A DNA stretch of 64,000 nucleotides, taken from NCBI RefSeq assembly GCF_006345805.1, contig NC_043008.1, positions 20,460,001 through 20,524,000 of the forward strand, in the 5' to 3' direction. How positions within the stretch are numbered: the stretch's first letter is position 1; every line of letters begins with the position of its first letter. Below the pieces are notes generated by a model. It was not told the origin of the DNA, searched no databases, and was given only the letters and a program-made list of their open reading frames with translations. This DNA is from Octopus sinensis. Its lineage: Eukaryota. Position numbers and translations under genes: made by a program. This document shows, piece by piece, positions 25,386-38,745 of this stretch.

Positions 25386-26164
25386 ACAAACAGACAGGCA
25401 GACAAGTGCCTGGTAAGCTGGTAGATGATACGGCATAAATATAGTAAATTATTGATTCACGAAACCTATGATGCGTTCATATATTTTATTCTAATATTGG
25501 GTTCGTATATGTTATTCTCATCATTTAATTTACTAAGCAAGTGAAGTTAGAAGCACTACCAAGTTTGAAATATATTTTCTAAAATATTCCCCAACGTTGA
25601 AAAGATTTCCAATCAATAGACACGCGCAAATTATATATGTGCTACTACTGGCTACTTGGAAAACGAAGCACAAAAAAATACTAAGAGAAACATCGCTGAA
25701 CAATGGAGGACGGTGAGGGTTAAAATGTGTAATATTGAAATATGACATGGCAGATTAGGGATAAAGACGACATTTTTTTTTCCAAGGGCTGTTTTCTACT
25801 ACAAATCGAAAATCTTTTGAAACGAAAGCGATCTCGACGTGATTAATGATAAACAGACACATCTGGTATCGGAAAACTTATAGTAAAGAAGTGTTTTTGT
25901 GTGTGTGTGTGTATGTTTGTGGTGTATGCGTGGTATGTGTATTAGGGACGTATGTTCGTCTGCATGTGTTTGTGTGTGTAGTATGGTGTGTGTGTTATAT
26001 ATATATATATATATAATATATATATATATATATTTATATTTATATTTATATATATTATATATATATATATATATAATTATATATATTTTTATATATTATT
26101 ATATATATTTAATATATAATATATTATATATACATAATTATTATATATTATATATTATGTATGT

Positions 26165-26211
<47 letters not shown>

Positions 26212-27084
26212 TATATATATATATATGTATATATATGTGTGTGTACAGTATGTATATATCTAAATTCATATGCACGCACACTCATAAAAGAGATTGAGTT
26301 AGTTAATATAATTGATTCTGACGCCATAGATTTAATTTCATATTTTTATATATACTTACATATAGGTATATATGTGTATACATATATATACATCTATAAA
26401 GATATATATATATATATGTATATATATATACAAATACATATACCTACACACATAAGTGTTTTTTGGTGTCTGTGTGTGCGAGTGTGTTTGTGTGGCTGTG
26501 TGGGCATGTGTATGCTGTCACAATAAATAGAGAGGGAGAAAGCTCGTATCATTATTTCTGAATATCTATTTTCCTTTCATTGTCACACAGAATCAATCAG
26601 CCAATAAATCTATCCCCTTGTTTATATATAAAGCTTCCGTATGTGCCTACCAACAATCTATGCAATTACCTACCAACCTGTTTAGCTCTGGTTATATGTC
26701 ACAAACACACTCCAGGCAAGATATGAATTATGGTGAAAGCATTAAAGGTAAATAGATATATATCTCTTTCTCTCTCGGTAAAGATAATCAATTGTAAATA
26801 CAGACACGATACATAGGACAGGATTAAGTGCACAAACATGTATGTGTGTATGCATACATACATACACACATACATATAAAACATATATATTTTTATAAAT
26901 ATATATACAATATATATATATATTTATTTATATACATTATATATATAATTAGTATATTAATATATATATACGTATAATATATATATATATATACAATAGT
27001 ATATATATATTATATATTTATGTACATACATATATAATATATACATACATATATATATACATGCATACACACACATATATTATA

Positions 27085-27123
<39 letters not shown>

Positions 27124-27169
27124 TTTGTGTGTGTGTGTTCTATTCATATGCAAATACGCATAGGAACGC

Positions 27170-27507
27170 TGTCTCACCCATTGGTCCATTGATCGGTGAT
27201 AACGGCATTCTCCAACACTGTGCTAAAAAAATGGCAGACGTACTGCAGAAACAACACTGCTGTCTTTAGTGATCCCACTGATATCAACGAAAGGGATGTG
27301 AACGAAGTCGATTCCCAACATATAATCTCGGACATAATCTTTACTGTTTCAGACATGATAGCAGCAAAAACTTGAGATCAAATACTATTCTACTGTAGGT
27401 CCTGATAGAATACCCGCTAGTAGCCTGAAGGAATGTCGACACCAACTTGTAGTCCCTTTGACCAAATTCTTATCCCAGTCTGTCATCCCCGTTTTCAAAC
27501 AGGGTAA
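27170..27507 (+). mobile_element. CR1-group LINE fragment (tether/pre-RT region)
   Basis: ...ISDIIFTVSDMIAA...TVGPDRIPASSLKECRHQLVVPLTKFLSQS..IPVFKQG, matching the GPD.IP...LKEC...L..PL motif. Confidence 0.7.
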
Positions 27508-27884
27508 CATATATATATTTATACATGTATGTATGTATGTATGTATGTATGTATGTATGTATGTATATGTATGTATGTGTGTATGCATGTATGTATGTAT
27601 GTATGCATGTATGTATGTATGTATGTATGTATGTATCAGTGTGTATATGTGTATGTATATAGTTTCTGTTTAACAAATCTACACAAATGGTATTGGTGGT
27701 CCGCGTTTATTGTAAGAGATGGTATCCCGAAATTTACTGTACTCAAAACGAGATCGTTACGAAGCGATCTTCCCAATTACTTAGCTACACTTGGATTAGA
27801 AAGATACGAGGTTAAATAAATGCATTGGAAATAACACTCTATGGAAACAGAAATGATGAGTAAATATTTCAAGATTTATCACAA

Positions 27885-28078
27885 AGCCAGCAATTTGGGG
27901 GGAAGGAAGAAGTCGATAACATCGTCCCCAGTGTTCAACTGGTACTTAATATATCGATCCCGAAAGGATGAGAGGAAAAGTTGACATCGGCAGAATTTGA
28001 ACTTAGAACATAAAGACCGACGAGAAGCCACTAAGCATTTTCCTCGGCGTGCTAACGATTCTGCGAGTTCGCCCACTA
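27885..28078 (-). mobile_element. SINE family C copy
   Basis: Head GGCGAACTCGCAGAATCG and central GATCGATATATTAAGTACCAG. Confidence 0.85.
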
Positions 28079-29825
28079 ATAGGAAGTAAAATATTATCAT
28101 AATACGTGCTTCTAAACTGCACCAACGAGTTTACACCAGCGCACATGATTCCAACTAAAACCTGCACTGAGGAATGTGCCGGAGTTTTTAATGTTATTTG
28201 CGCGCATTTAGGTACATAGTATCCAACGTTGGCCGAAATTTCTTCATTAAAATTACGAAGAATTCAGAGATGAGAAATCCCTTAACGTATTCATTCATGA
28301 AATCCATTTGTAGCCAATGTGCTAGCTAGAATTAGCTCAAGTGTTTGATTAGATAAATATTTTCGTAATGGAAGAAAATATTAATAAGAAGACTAGATTG
28401 CTGTTTACTGAGCTGCAACGAAGTGGAACAAGGAAACATTGATTGACAATATACCGCTTAACAAATCTATAAGTTCTTAAATGAGTTATATCCAAATAAG
28501 CATGATTCCATGGAATTATAAGTCCAGAACATTGGTGCATAAAATTAACTGTTGCAGTTTGTTCAGTTTGTTTTGAATAGAAGATAAACATTATTAAACG
28601 CAGGCAAATTGGCATTGGATGTTAATGCTGGTTATCATGTTGTGCGACGTTTGTTCTGACTACTTGCTGTGAGATTTCAAGTCGTATCAATATCAAATTT
28701 GTCTTTCATTCATTCAAGTTTGGTCAAATACCAATGCAGAATGAAAGAGTGATGGGACTAACAGGATGCCGCGTGATATTTGTCCTAGCTTAAAACGTTC
28801 AGCGTTCAAAGCCTGCCATGTCTTTTTAAGTGGGAATCATAATGTATTGTCCCGGTTAACGCAACCACCTGACAGATTAGATGATTTTAGTGAAGACGAC
28901 ACCTACAAGCATTGGACCAGGTCTGTGCTAAAGGTTACATACCAGGATACCTTTCTTCCACAAGTCTCGGACGCCTAGGAGAAGATGAGGATTGAATTCA
29001 CTCTGTAGACTACAAAACGTTGAACATACTGCCTGATCTCACATTATTTTGGCAAGTGTTAAATTGCTAGAAAGTATTTTTACTGGAGGGTGTTCCCAAA
29101 CAAAATCATCAAACAACCAGCAATAAGACGGTACCGAAGTAACTACGAATAACTCAAACTTCAAGCAATCCCATATCTTGTTGAGCTTCACAAAAGAAAC
29201 AGAGGGGAAAATTTGAATAAGAATCCCCTATGAATCATATAATCATGAAGGCAAATTGCACGAGCTGAGCAATCGTTTACCTTGCTGAGATTCACAAAAG
29301 AAACGGAGCGGAAAATCAAAAAAGAATACCCTAAGAATCATACATTCATCAAGGCAAAAGTAGGAGTTGAAACACTTCCGGCGGAAGGGAACAACAAGTA
29401 AAAGGATGAGAATTTAGATGAAGATGGGTCACTAAGAATATTTTAACAGAACAACAATCATTAAAACAGTTCTTGAACATAGATACAGAAAGAATGTTCC
29501 AGAGACGTGAGACGAGACCAAATTTCGCTGCCAAAGTAAGAAATAATTTAGAATAGTTTTATATACTTGATCAAGAGTAGAAAGATGATATGCATTCGCG
29601 TTATGCCCAGCGCAAAAGGAACCTTCCTCTCTCCTTTCTCCCTCCAAAGAGAATCTTCGGTATCTTATGAAGGCAAATTTTGGTTTACTATTTGATCTAG
29701 ATAACTAAAGTATTATAGACAAACACACGTACAGATCCATACGCACATACGCACATAAACACGCAGAAGGAGATAACGGTATCTGTGTCAATCTAGATGT
29801 AGCAACAATACTTTATAAAAGACCA

Positions 29826-30058
29826 CTCGCGGTTTCAATTCCCAGCCCGGGCGTTGTGAGGGTTTATTGAGCGAAAACACCTACAAGCTCCACGAGGCTC
29901 CGGCAGGGCGTGATCCCTGCTGTACACTTTCAACACAACTTTCTCTCACATTTTCTTCTGTTGGCCTGCGTCATTGGAGGCTAAAACAACGCGAAGCGCA
30001 TTGTGACCAGCGACGTGTAGCAACATATGACGGCCTGGTCGGTCACGTAATCACGTGA
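29826..30058 (+). mobile_element. 5'-truncated SINE family A with a different 3' tail
   Basis: GGTTTCAATTCCCAGCCCGGGCGTTGTGAG...ACTTTCTCTCAC matches family A. The tail then diverges to GGCCTGCGTCATTGGAGG...GGTCACGTAATCACGTG. Confidence 0.8.
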
Positions 30059-31079
30059 TTCAATAACGGCCGTCACCTTGGATTCCGAATGCCTCTTATG
30101 CTGGCGTATTACCACAGAAGTTACATGAACACTTCTATTCAAAACAGGAATTGTCATTTTCGATAGTCTTCAAATTTGTCCAGAGGTAATTCCTTTGATT
30201 CAAAGCACGGTAATATGCATATGCCGAAGCATCTATGAAAGAAGATTACACCAAACATTTGGCAGATGCAAAACGGAATTATTACACACACATATCTCCC
30301 GTTTTCTCATTTGCATTTAACCACAATTTATTCAAATATTGCGTGCAATATTAACGTATTTATTTTTCAGTAACTCTGTATATAATATATAGGCATAAAT
30401 TAGATTATGATAGTAAAAACAGTTATTGAAACAAAAATACCTGATGGGAGATATTTACATGTCATTTGCATTTTGAGAAGTAAATAGATAAAAAGATTAT
30501 TTATATAAAAATTAGTTACTAGAAAGCCAAGAGAGATCTTACAACAGGCAAATGATATCTTTCGAAGTGCACCGCACAGGTACAGACACTTAAATAAATA
30601 TATGTAGTTATATAACTGTCTGTGTGAGTGTGTGTCCCCGTCTGTGTGGGTATGCGTGTGTATGTGTCTGTGCATGTGTGCGTTTGTGTGTGTGTGAATT
30701 CATACATAGTTATAGTATACAATTTAACATTTATATATGCATAGCATGATACAGATCTCTGCGTATGTATATATGTGCTTGTGTGGTTCTCTATGTGTAG
30801 ATATGTGTGTGTGTGCATATGTGTTTGTATGTGTGTTAGGGTGTATGTATGTATGTAAGTATGTATATATATATAGATGTATATAGCAGCACATATACAC
30901 CCACAAGCATATATATACATGACAAGTATTGAAGTATCTGTTCTCGTAGTGACATGTTGCATTATATAAATACATACCTGTGACTATGATAAGAATCTCA
31001 TATGCATAATCTCCATATCACATGTCGATATTTCTCAGTCACCATCTATTCAATTATACGTGTCTACAATATATATATA

Positions 31080-31080
31080 T

Positions 31081-31121
<41 letters not shown>

Positions 31122-31130
31122 CAGATAGAC

Positions 31131-31214
<84 letters not shown>

Positions 31215-31220
31215 GGATGG
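31080..31220. repeat. (GATA)n microsatellite
   Basis: Read directly from the sequence. Confidence 0.95.
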
Positions 31221-31997
31221 ATGTTATTCAATCTTCTGCTGTTATTCAATCCTCCTGATTTCTCACCTCCCCTTCCCTCCCGCTGCCTCCTATTTCCTAT
31301 CTACATCCCCCACCCGTCCCTAGACAACGTGCATTTTCTCTCTCTCTCTCTCCATGTCTTTACTCTTCTTCCATTCAACCCTTAATTTTCTCAGACCGCG
31401 CTGTTACCTTCAATTTGTCAATATTCCGCTCCTGACGAAGGAAGCCGGTTGTGCACTCATGTTTCTATCCATCCATCTGCTGGGTGTATATCAATGACGT
31501 TTTGCACACACCATCTACAAATTTTAAACGTTTCAATTATTACGTAATTCCGTGCTCTCTGAAAAAGCTGTCGAGTTCAAAAGCCTATATATTCTCCCCT
31601 TAGTTCTTTTCTACTTTTTATACATCGTGTAAATTTATTTATCAATATGTATATAATTATCTATATGATCGCACATATGTAATTATGGTTTTCGCTTTTT
31701 GTTTCTCTCTATATATATCACGATATATATATATATATAACTACATGTGCATATTATGTATATCTATATATACCAAGATTAATAGTGTCTCTCTGTATCA
31801 CTGTCCCACTCCCTCTCTCTCTCTGTATATATATGTGTGCGTGCGCGCGTGCTTGTGCGTAAGTGAGTATGTATGCGTATTTCTTGAGCATGTTTCTCGA
31901 AGACAAATACTGCTTCTAAAAAAGGAATGTTTACATTTCAAATTGAATTAGAGATTTTATCTATATACCTATCCGTCAATCAATCTCTTCATATATC

Positions 31998-32030
<33 letters not shown>

Positions 32031-32864
32031 TATAATATTTATATATAGATATATATATATAAGTGTGTGTGTGTGTATAGTTTATAAAAATAATTTCAGG
32101 TTAAAAATAACTTGAATAGGTTTTGTAAATTCTTTCTCGTGGTTGATGAAATCACAGAAGATTTTTTCTATATAAATAAAGAAATATTGAGGAGAAAATT
32201 GTGAAAAGAAATTGAGCAAGAAATTTATCCAATATTGAATGCTTATCCATTCTTAATCCAGTATATAATTCTTATCTAAAATTTACCTTATCTATTTGAA
32301 TTACGTATAAAAATTTGCCCTTACCAGAAATAAGTGGTTCTATGAGCGAGAAGAATAGAAAATATTTGCTTTATAATATTTTGAACCTGTACTATTATAA
32401 CGTTCTGAGATATTTTGTTCATGAATCTACAGTTAAAGTTCGGGATACTTACGATAAGTTTTAAAAGAACTACTAAGATACTGCAAATATTTCCATTCAG
32501 AAATTTTGACCGAACATCATTAGACATGCAAGGCTGTACAGATTGTGATACTATAAACACATATAAAAGTACTTACCCATATATTAGGTTATCATGACAA
32601 GCGTCGTAGGACTATTAGAATTATAGATTTTTTTATGATTCCACTATGGCAGCACAAGACTTCATCAAAAGACATAGATTATATATATGTATATATATAT
32701 ATATGTATGTATATAATTGTGGGTGTGTGTGTATGTATGTATTATGTGTGTATGTATGTATATATATATAATTTTATAGGGTGCTGAATACTTTTAGAAA
32801 TTTCACCGCCAGTGGGTCTATCATGTATAAAAAGTCAATAGACAACAAAATTCTCAATATAAAT

Positions 32865-33022
32865 TAGTGTACGTTTATACAGAAAAGAAAACTACCTTTC
32901 ATAGGTAATTTTTACACGATATAGAAAGCAATCAAAGTGGCTTTGATCGCTTTAACTGCTTCTTTTAGCCTGTAAATATTACCTATTAAAGGTAGTTTTC
33001 TCTTCTGTTTAAATGTACACTA
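32865..33022. repeat. 158-bp foldback (MITE-like palindrome)
   Basis: 45-bp inverted arms with 4 mismatches, plus an inner hairpin AAAGCAATCAAAG-TGG-CTTTGATCGCTTT. Confidence 0.8.
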
Positions 33023-33049
33023 TTTTATATGTATGTATGTATGTATGTA

Positions 33050-33250
33050 TCATAGGCTTTTGAGGGCTTTTTCCTTCCCAGGACTTTTCCTTCCTCCGTT
33101 CTGACGAAGAGCCCTGCATGAAGAAACCTCTTTTTTCCACCTTTACTGAACGTCAAGTTAATACATGCCATATGTATTCCTCTTGTTGTTTTGTTATTTG
33201 TTATTTTTAATGTTCGATTGATAATGTAGAACTTTTCATGTTCCATCTGA
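33050..33250 (+). mobile_element. Penelope-like terminal-repeat fragment with a hammerhead remnant
   Basis: CTGACGA-A-GAGC-CCT-GCAT-GAAGAAAC at 33101-33127 in a pyrimidine-rich context like the 3396 and 52810 copies. Confidence 0.45.
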
Positions 33251-33264
33251 CTACATACATATAT

Positions 33265-33465
33265 AGGCGCAGGATCGGCCGTGTGCCAAGTAGCTTGCTT
33301 ACCAAACACATTGTTCCGGGTTTATTCCCACTGCATGGCACCTTGGGCAAGTATCTTCTACTATAGCCTCGGACCCACCAAAACCTTGTGAGTAGATTTG
33401 GTAGACGGAACCGGAAAGAAGAGCCGTCGTATATATATATATATTATATATATATATATATATAT

Positions 33466-33497
<32 letters not shown>

Positions 33498-33745
33498 TGC
33501 ATGTATGTATGTATGTAGTATGTATGTATGTATTTGTGTATGTGTTTGTGTGTCTGTGTTTGAAAACCAATGGTGGTGTGTTTACGTTCCCGTAACTTAG
33601 CGGTTCGACAAAAGAACGGATAGGATACGTACTAGGCTTACTAAGAATAAGTCCAGGGGTCGATTTGCTCGACTAAAGGCGGTACTCCAGTATGGCCGCA
33701 GTCAAATGACTGAAACAATTAAAAGAGAAAAACGAAAGAGAGAGA
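33265..33745 (+). mobile_element. Full-length SINE family B
   Basis: Head, CORE-like GCACCTTGGGCAAGTATCTT, internal (TA)n(TATG)n and the conserved tail. Confidence 0.9.
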
Positions 33746-34196
33746 TATGCCTGTGCATGGTGTGTTGAATAGACACCAGATAACTCGATTATTAATCAAT
33801 AACATTTTTTAATCAACGTATCAATTACGTCTCATATTGAGATTAGAAAAACTCTAGTAAGATGACAGGTGCTATACAACTCCATTTCGAAAAGAACACA
33901 AAAAATTTATCATAATACGTTAAGGAAATCTGCAAATAAAAGCGGTGAAAGGGGATCATTGTATACTGAAATTGTTTCAGAAGCACATCTGCTGTATGTT
34001 ACGTAACATTACAAGTCTCCGGTAAGTGTCGTATGTGCGTTTCCCGCAGGTACGTATACCTGAATAGTTGAGTATAGTCTACATTAAGGGGAGTGGAAAA
34101 TCAACTGGGCTTGTAGAAAAACCGAAAATTTAGATATCAAAATTGGAATCGGTAAAGAAAGAATGACATGTCTCACCAATTATTATAGCAAGATAT

Positions 34197-34560
34197 GTGG
34201 AGGCGCAATGGCCCAGTGGTTAGGGCAGCGGACTCGCGGTCATAGGATCGCGGTTTCGATTCCCAGACCGGGCGTTGTGAGTGTTTATTGAGCGAAAACA
34301 CCTAAAGCTCCACGAGGCTCCGGAAGGGGATGGTGGTGATCCCTGCTGTACTCTTTCACCACAACTTTCTCTTACTCTTACTTCCTGTTTCTGTTGTACC
34401 TGTACTTCAAAGGGCCGGCCTTGTCACTCTCTGTGTCACGCTGAATATCCCCGAGAACTACGTTAAGGGTACACGTGTCTGTGGAGTGCTCAGCCACTTG
34501 CAAGTTAATTTCACGAGCAGGCTGTTCCGTTGATTCGGATCAACCGGAACCCTCGTCTTC
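34197..34560 (+). mobile_element. Near full-length tRNA(Arg)-derived SINE family A
   Basis: Intact A box TGGCCCAGTGG and B box GGTTTCGATTCC. Confidence 0.95.
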
Positions 34561-34898
34561 CTAAGAAGAACTATTTGTGAGTGAGTGCGTGCGCGTGCGT
34601 GCATGTCTATTATTTTTTAAAGACGAATGTTATTATCAATGACTTTGAAGTTTCAGCTAGAATTTCAAATTGATTAATTTGGGGATTATGCTATTCTTTT
34701 GAATTTATTCGTGTATAAAGAACTTTGTATGCAAGTGTATATATTTAGATATGTTCTTTTTCTTAGGTAGGTACAGGATGTATCAAGTTTTACTTTTGCT
34801 TTTATTAGATTTAATCCTTGTCTTTAATAATGTAAATATCAAAGGTACAAATTCAAAATTTGAAATTTCAGTGTCAACTTTTTTGTAACGAAATATTT

Positions 34899-35265
34899 GG
34901 GTGCCGAGCTGGCTGTAACGTTAGCACGCCGGGCGAAATGCTTAGCGGTATTTCGTCTGCCGTTACGTTCTGAGTTCAAATTCCGCTGAGGTCGACTTTG
35001 CCTTTCATCCTTTCGGGGATCGATTAAATAAGTACCAGTTACGCACTGGGGTCGATAAAATCGGATTAATCCGTTTGTCTGTCCTTGTTTAGCCCCTTGT
35101 GGATAATAAAGAAACATGAAAAGTTAGCACGCCGGGCGAAATAGCACTATTTCATCTGTCTTTACATTCCTCCTAGGTTGACTTTGCCTTTCATCCTTTC
35201 GGGGTCGATAAATTAAGTACCAGTTGCGTACTGGGGTCGATATGATCGACTAGCCCCTCCCCCCA
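34899..35265 (+). mobile_element. Tandem dimer of SINE family C
   Basis: The first copy ends AAAGAAACA and is followed directly by a second, 5'-truncated copy (TTAGCACGCCGGGCG at ~35122). Confidence 0.85.
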
Positions 35266-35981
35266 AAGAATATTTAAAGAGTCGCTAATTCGAAATATAT
35301 ATAAGTGTACATACTCTACTATAGAATAAAGACCGTATAAATATACTATTGAATGCATTGATTTATTACGAATTTCGTACAGAGTATAGACAATTTCAGA
35401 AGTACCGCTGAGGAATATAGCTTTTAGTAGAACGAGTACAATAGTCTATTACATTCAGTTAGTACATTATTAGTAAGCTATAGTAATGCCTTTTAGCTGG
35501 TCAATTTTTTTACTTCCTAGGTTATCAGGATATTTCCTGATTTTAATTGGAAGGTGAGTGTTATTAGTCAGGCATGTTCTGGTTATTGGTAGAACAGCAA
35601 ATTGTTTAACTTGTGTTTTGTTGGTCAAAATTTGAGTTGTGCAAATATAAAATCTATTGATTTGTTTGTTTTTCGTTGTGCTTTCATTGCAAATATGCAA
35701 AGAGTAACAGAAGCCAATAATCATTGGATAAATTCTACCATTAAATTTCCCTGCATTATGATCTCATATTTTTATATTTTTATGTCTCCGCCCTGAAGGA
35801 GGAGACCGGATTTGTACAATGTTTATTTGCTTCCATTACTTATTGAATATTTTTGTTAACTACATTTGGCAACATTGTGAACTAACTCTATCCCCGCCCG
35901 AAACAGCTGTCAGGCATGGAAAAATCATACCGTCTCCCCTTAAACTTTCTGTGTCTTTTTATTCTGTGCAGGTTTGCAGTG

Positions 35982-36022
<41 letters not shown>

Positions 36023-36154
36023 TAGATAGATAGATATATTCATACGTAAAAATCTATTGTCTGAAAACTTTACAGACGAAAGTTGTAATTATATATTTTA
36101 CTCCTTGACCCACTGATCTTACCTTTACATATATATGTATCTATGTATGTATTT

Positions 36155-36191
<37 letters not shown>

Positions 36192-36231
36192 ATTGAGAGA
36201 GGGAAAGACACAGACTGATAGTTTTGTTTGT

Positions 36232-36474
36232 TTATTTAGCTGCACAAATGGACACCAGGACTTATACTTTGTAAGCCTAGTACTAATTCTAACGGTCTCT
36301 CGGGCCGAACCGCTATGTTATGGGGGCAGAATCACGCCAATATCGGCTGTAAAGCTATGGTGTGGGGACCAACACAGAACACAAACATATACATAGAGTT
36401 TCCCTCTACCGAGTTCACCCGCAAGGTTTGGTCAGCTCAATACTATAATAGAAGACACTTGCCCAAGGTGCCAT
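36232..36474 (-). mobile_element. Old 5'-truncated SINE family B
   Basis: GGCACCTTGGGCAAGTGTCTT core and a diverged tail. Confidence 0.75.
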
Positions 36475-36484
36475 ATATATATAT

Positions 36485-37478
36485 AACTTAGATAAAACTT
36501 AGATATGTTTCGACCAAAGACTGGTCCAGGCCATGTCTAACTTAATAGCACCACCTGATAGGATTATCTGAATCCTGTTTAAGTCAAGTTTTGTTTATGG
36601 TCCATTCAAGTAGTGAGGTTTTGTTGGGGGAGTTGTATCCAATTATGGGTGGCTTATCTGGTATTCCAGAAGGAGTCTATCCAGACTCTGTTTAAAGTTG
36701 ATGGGATCCTTTCCTCTTCGATCTCTTTCGGGACAATTTAAATAGGGCAGGGCTGCCTGTGAGAAAAGAAATTATGTTGCAGTGTACATGTATGCTGTGA
36801 TCTTGAATTGGGCAGGGGACGTATGGCCCGTGGTCCCAGTCTTGGATGAACCTTGAAGCTAATATTAAGGTCGTTTGGACAAAGTTGGCGGTATATTCTC
36901 CACATCGTACAAATGATGTACCGCTCACGGCGACGCTGGAGAGAGTAGAGTTTCAAGGCTTTAAGGCGGTCCCAATAATCGAGAGCAGCCATGCCTTCAA
37001 TTCGTTTAGTGAGTGCCCTCACTTGTATGGGGAGACCACAGTGGGCAGCAGTATTCGTGGTGTGGCCGTACAAAGGAGGAGAAAAGTGGTATGATGACAC
37101 CTTGTTCTCTGGACCGGAAAGTTCTTAAGATCCTACGAACTATATCGACCTTATTGTTGATGTGTGCACTCCAACTGAGATCATCATGAACAATTACACC
37201 CAGGTCTCTGATATTGTTAGAGGCTGTGAGCGGTTCCCCTGAAGGAAGAGAGTATGGTTGTTTTAGTGAGGAATTTCTTCCAAAATGAATCAGCTTAAAT
37301 TTTCCCTCGTTCAGTTGCATTTTGTTTATCTCTGCCCATTGACTCACAGCATATAGATCAGACTGGAGTTGAGTTCGGTCTGCTTCTTCATTGACGATTT
37401 GCTGGAGCTTAGTGTTATCAGCAAATATTTTCACTTTGCAGTAATGTACGACACTGGAAAGGTCGTTTATGTAAAGAT
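36485..37478 (-). mobile_element. 5'-truncated CR1-group LINE (RT C-terminal half, 3' UTR, tandem tail)
   Basis: INDL...KIFADNTKL...QLQSDL..VSQWA..NKMQLNEGKF...IRDLGV.V..DLSWSAHI...FVRPHHEYC...WDRLKALKLYSLQRRRERY. The 3' end carries a short tandem (ATCTAAGTT)x2. Confidence 0.9.
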
Positions 37479-37493
37479 GTTATTATATATATA

Positions 37494-37539
<46 letters not shown>

Positions 37540-37734
37540 TATATATATATAATATATATATATATATATTATATATATACCTTTTCATTAAGCCACTAAA
37601 TCGCAGAATATTAACACTGATCCCCTACTACTCTAACTTTGTTATTCGAGAGTACTACTCAAATCTTTCTACTTGTTTTGTATTTATGTGCTTACTCATG
37701 TATAAATATATATATATATTTATTTATATATATA

Positions 37735-38242
37735 CTAGCAGGGTATCGCCGGCGTTGCTCGGGTTTGTAAGGGAAATAGCTATATAAGCATTTGTAGAGA
37801 GTTACTTCCCTATAAATTGGCTTTTCTTAGCCATTTCTGTTTTGGTGTCTTCAAGCCATGAAGTCGTTGTTCTAAAAGAACGCTGGTTTCCTTCACAACG
37901 CATTACGACGTTGATTTCTTTACACTCCCTTCCCCACAGCTTCACGAGGGGGGAAGGGGGAGAAGCAAACAGGTGCAGCTGTGAGCGTGGACACCAACTC
38001 CGCCGCCATCGACACACGATGCATTTTATGCATTAAAATGGAATAAAAAATGATGTTAAATTATTTTTAAAATCGTAGACTCATCGTTGACGCGCGCTAA
38101 TAGTCAGACGGGCTCGATATGAATCACGACTATAAGATACCCGAATTTGGTTAAACTGCACCGCAAAATGTGGGAGGAGTTAGGAATCTAAATCGAAGGG
38201 GACAGACACTCACACAACTAGAGTTTTATATATATATATAGA
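37735..38242 (-). mobile_element. Non-autonomous Helitron, second family (508 bp)
   Basis: 5'-TC at 38242, 3' hairpin CCCGAGCAACGCCGGCG and CTAG at 37735-37738, inserted in (TA)n. Confidence 0.8.
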
Positions 38243-38258
38243 TATATATATATATATA

Positions 38259-38302
<44 letters not shown>

Positions 38303-38711
38303 TAAAAATGGGGAAATGGATAAATTGATATATACATACAGAGTGTATGCATGAGTCTCATATATGTCTGTATTCTATATGTATGCGTCTATGTCTACAT
38401 TTATTATATAACACATATATAAAACCATGAATTGCCGTTCCTTCTACTGAGCATGAATGCCGTCTCAGTATTGCATTATAATATTCTTAGACTAAATTAG
38501 TATTATTCTTTATCCACTGCAGAGTTTTACAATTTGAAGCCATAAAAACGAGCATATATAGAGCACGACATTACAGTGACTGTCACCTACAAAAGAGTCT
38601 TCTGCAGCGAACGACTGACATTAGTCCTAACGCAAGAGATAGAATGATAAACGTGTTCAATGGGTACATATATGAATTTGTATTCTTAAGTGGATATACA
38701 TACATACATAT

Positions 38712-38745
<34 letters not shown>

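Noticed and set aside
31432-31452. CCTGACGAAGGAAGCCGGTT as a hammerhead remnant
   Set aside because: The GAAA half is absent; too degraded to support.
34020-34056. GTAAGT...TTTCCCGCAG|GTACGT as a micro-intron or recursive splice site
   Set aside because: A 28-nt intron is implausibly short, similar AG|GT strings recur by chance in the window, and no host transcript is established.
34197-34275. tRNA-Arg-like sequence (also at 2420, 15263, 59575) as tRNA genes
   Set aside because: No acceptor-stem pairing, and each continues into a shared SINE body.
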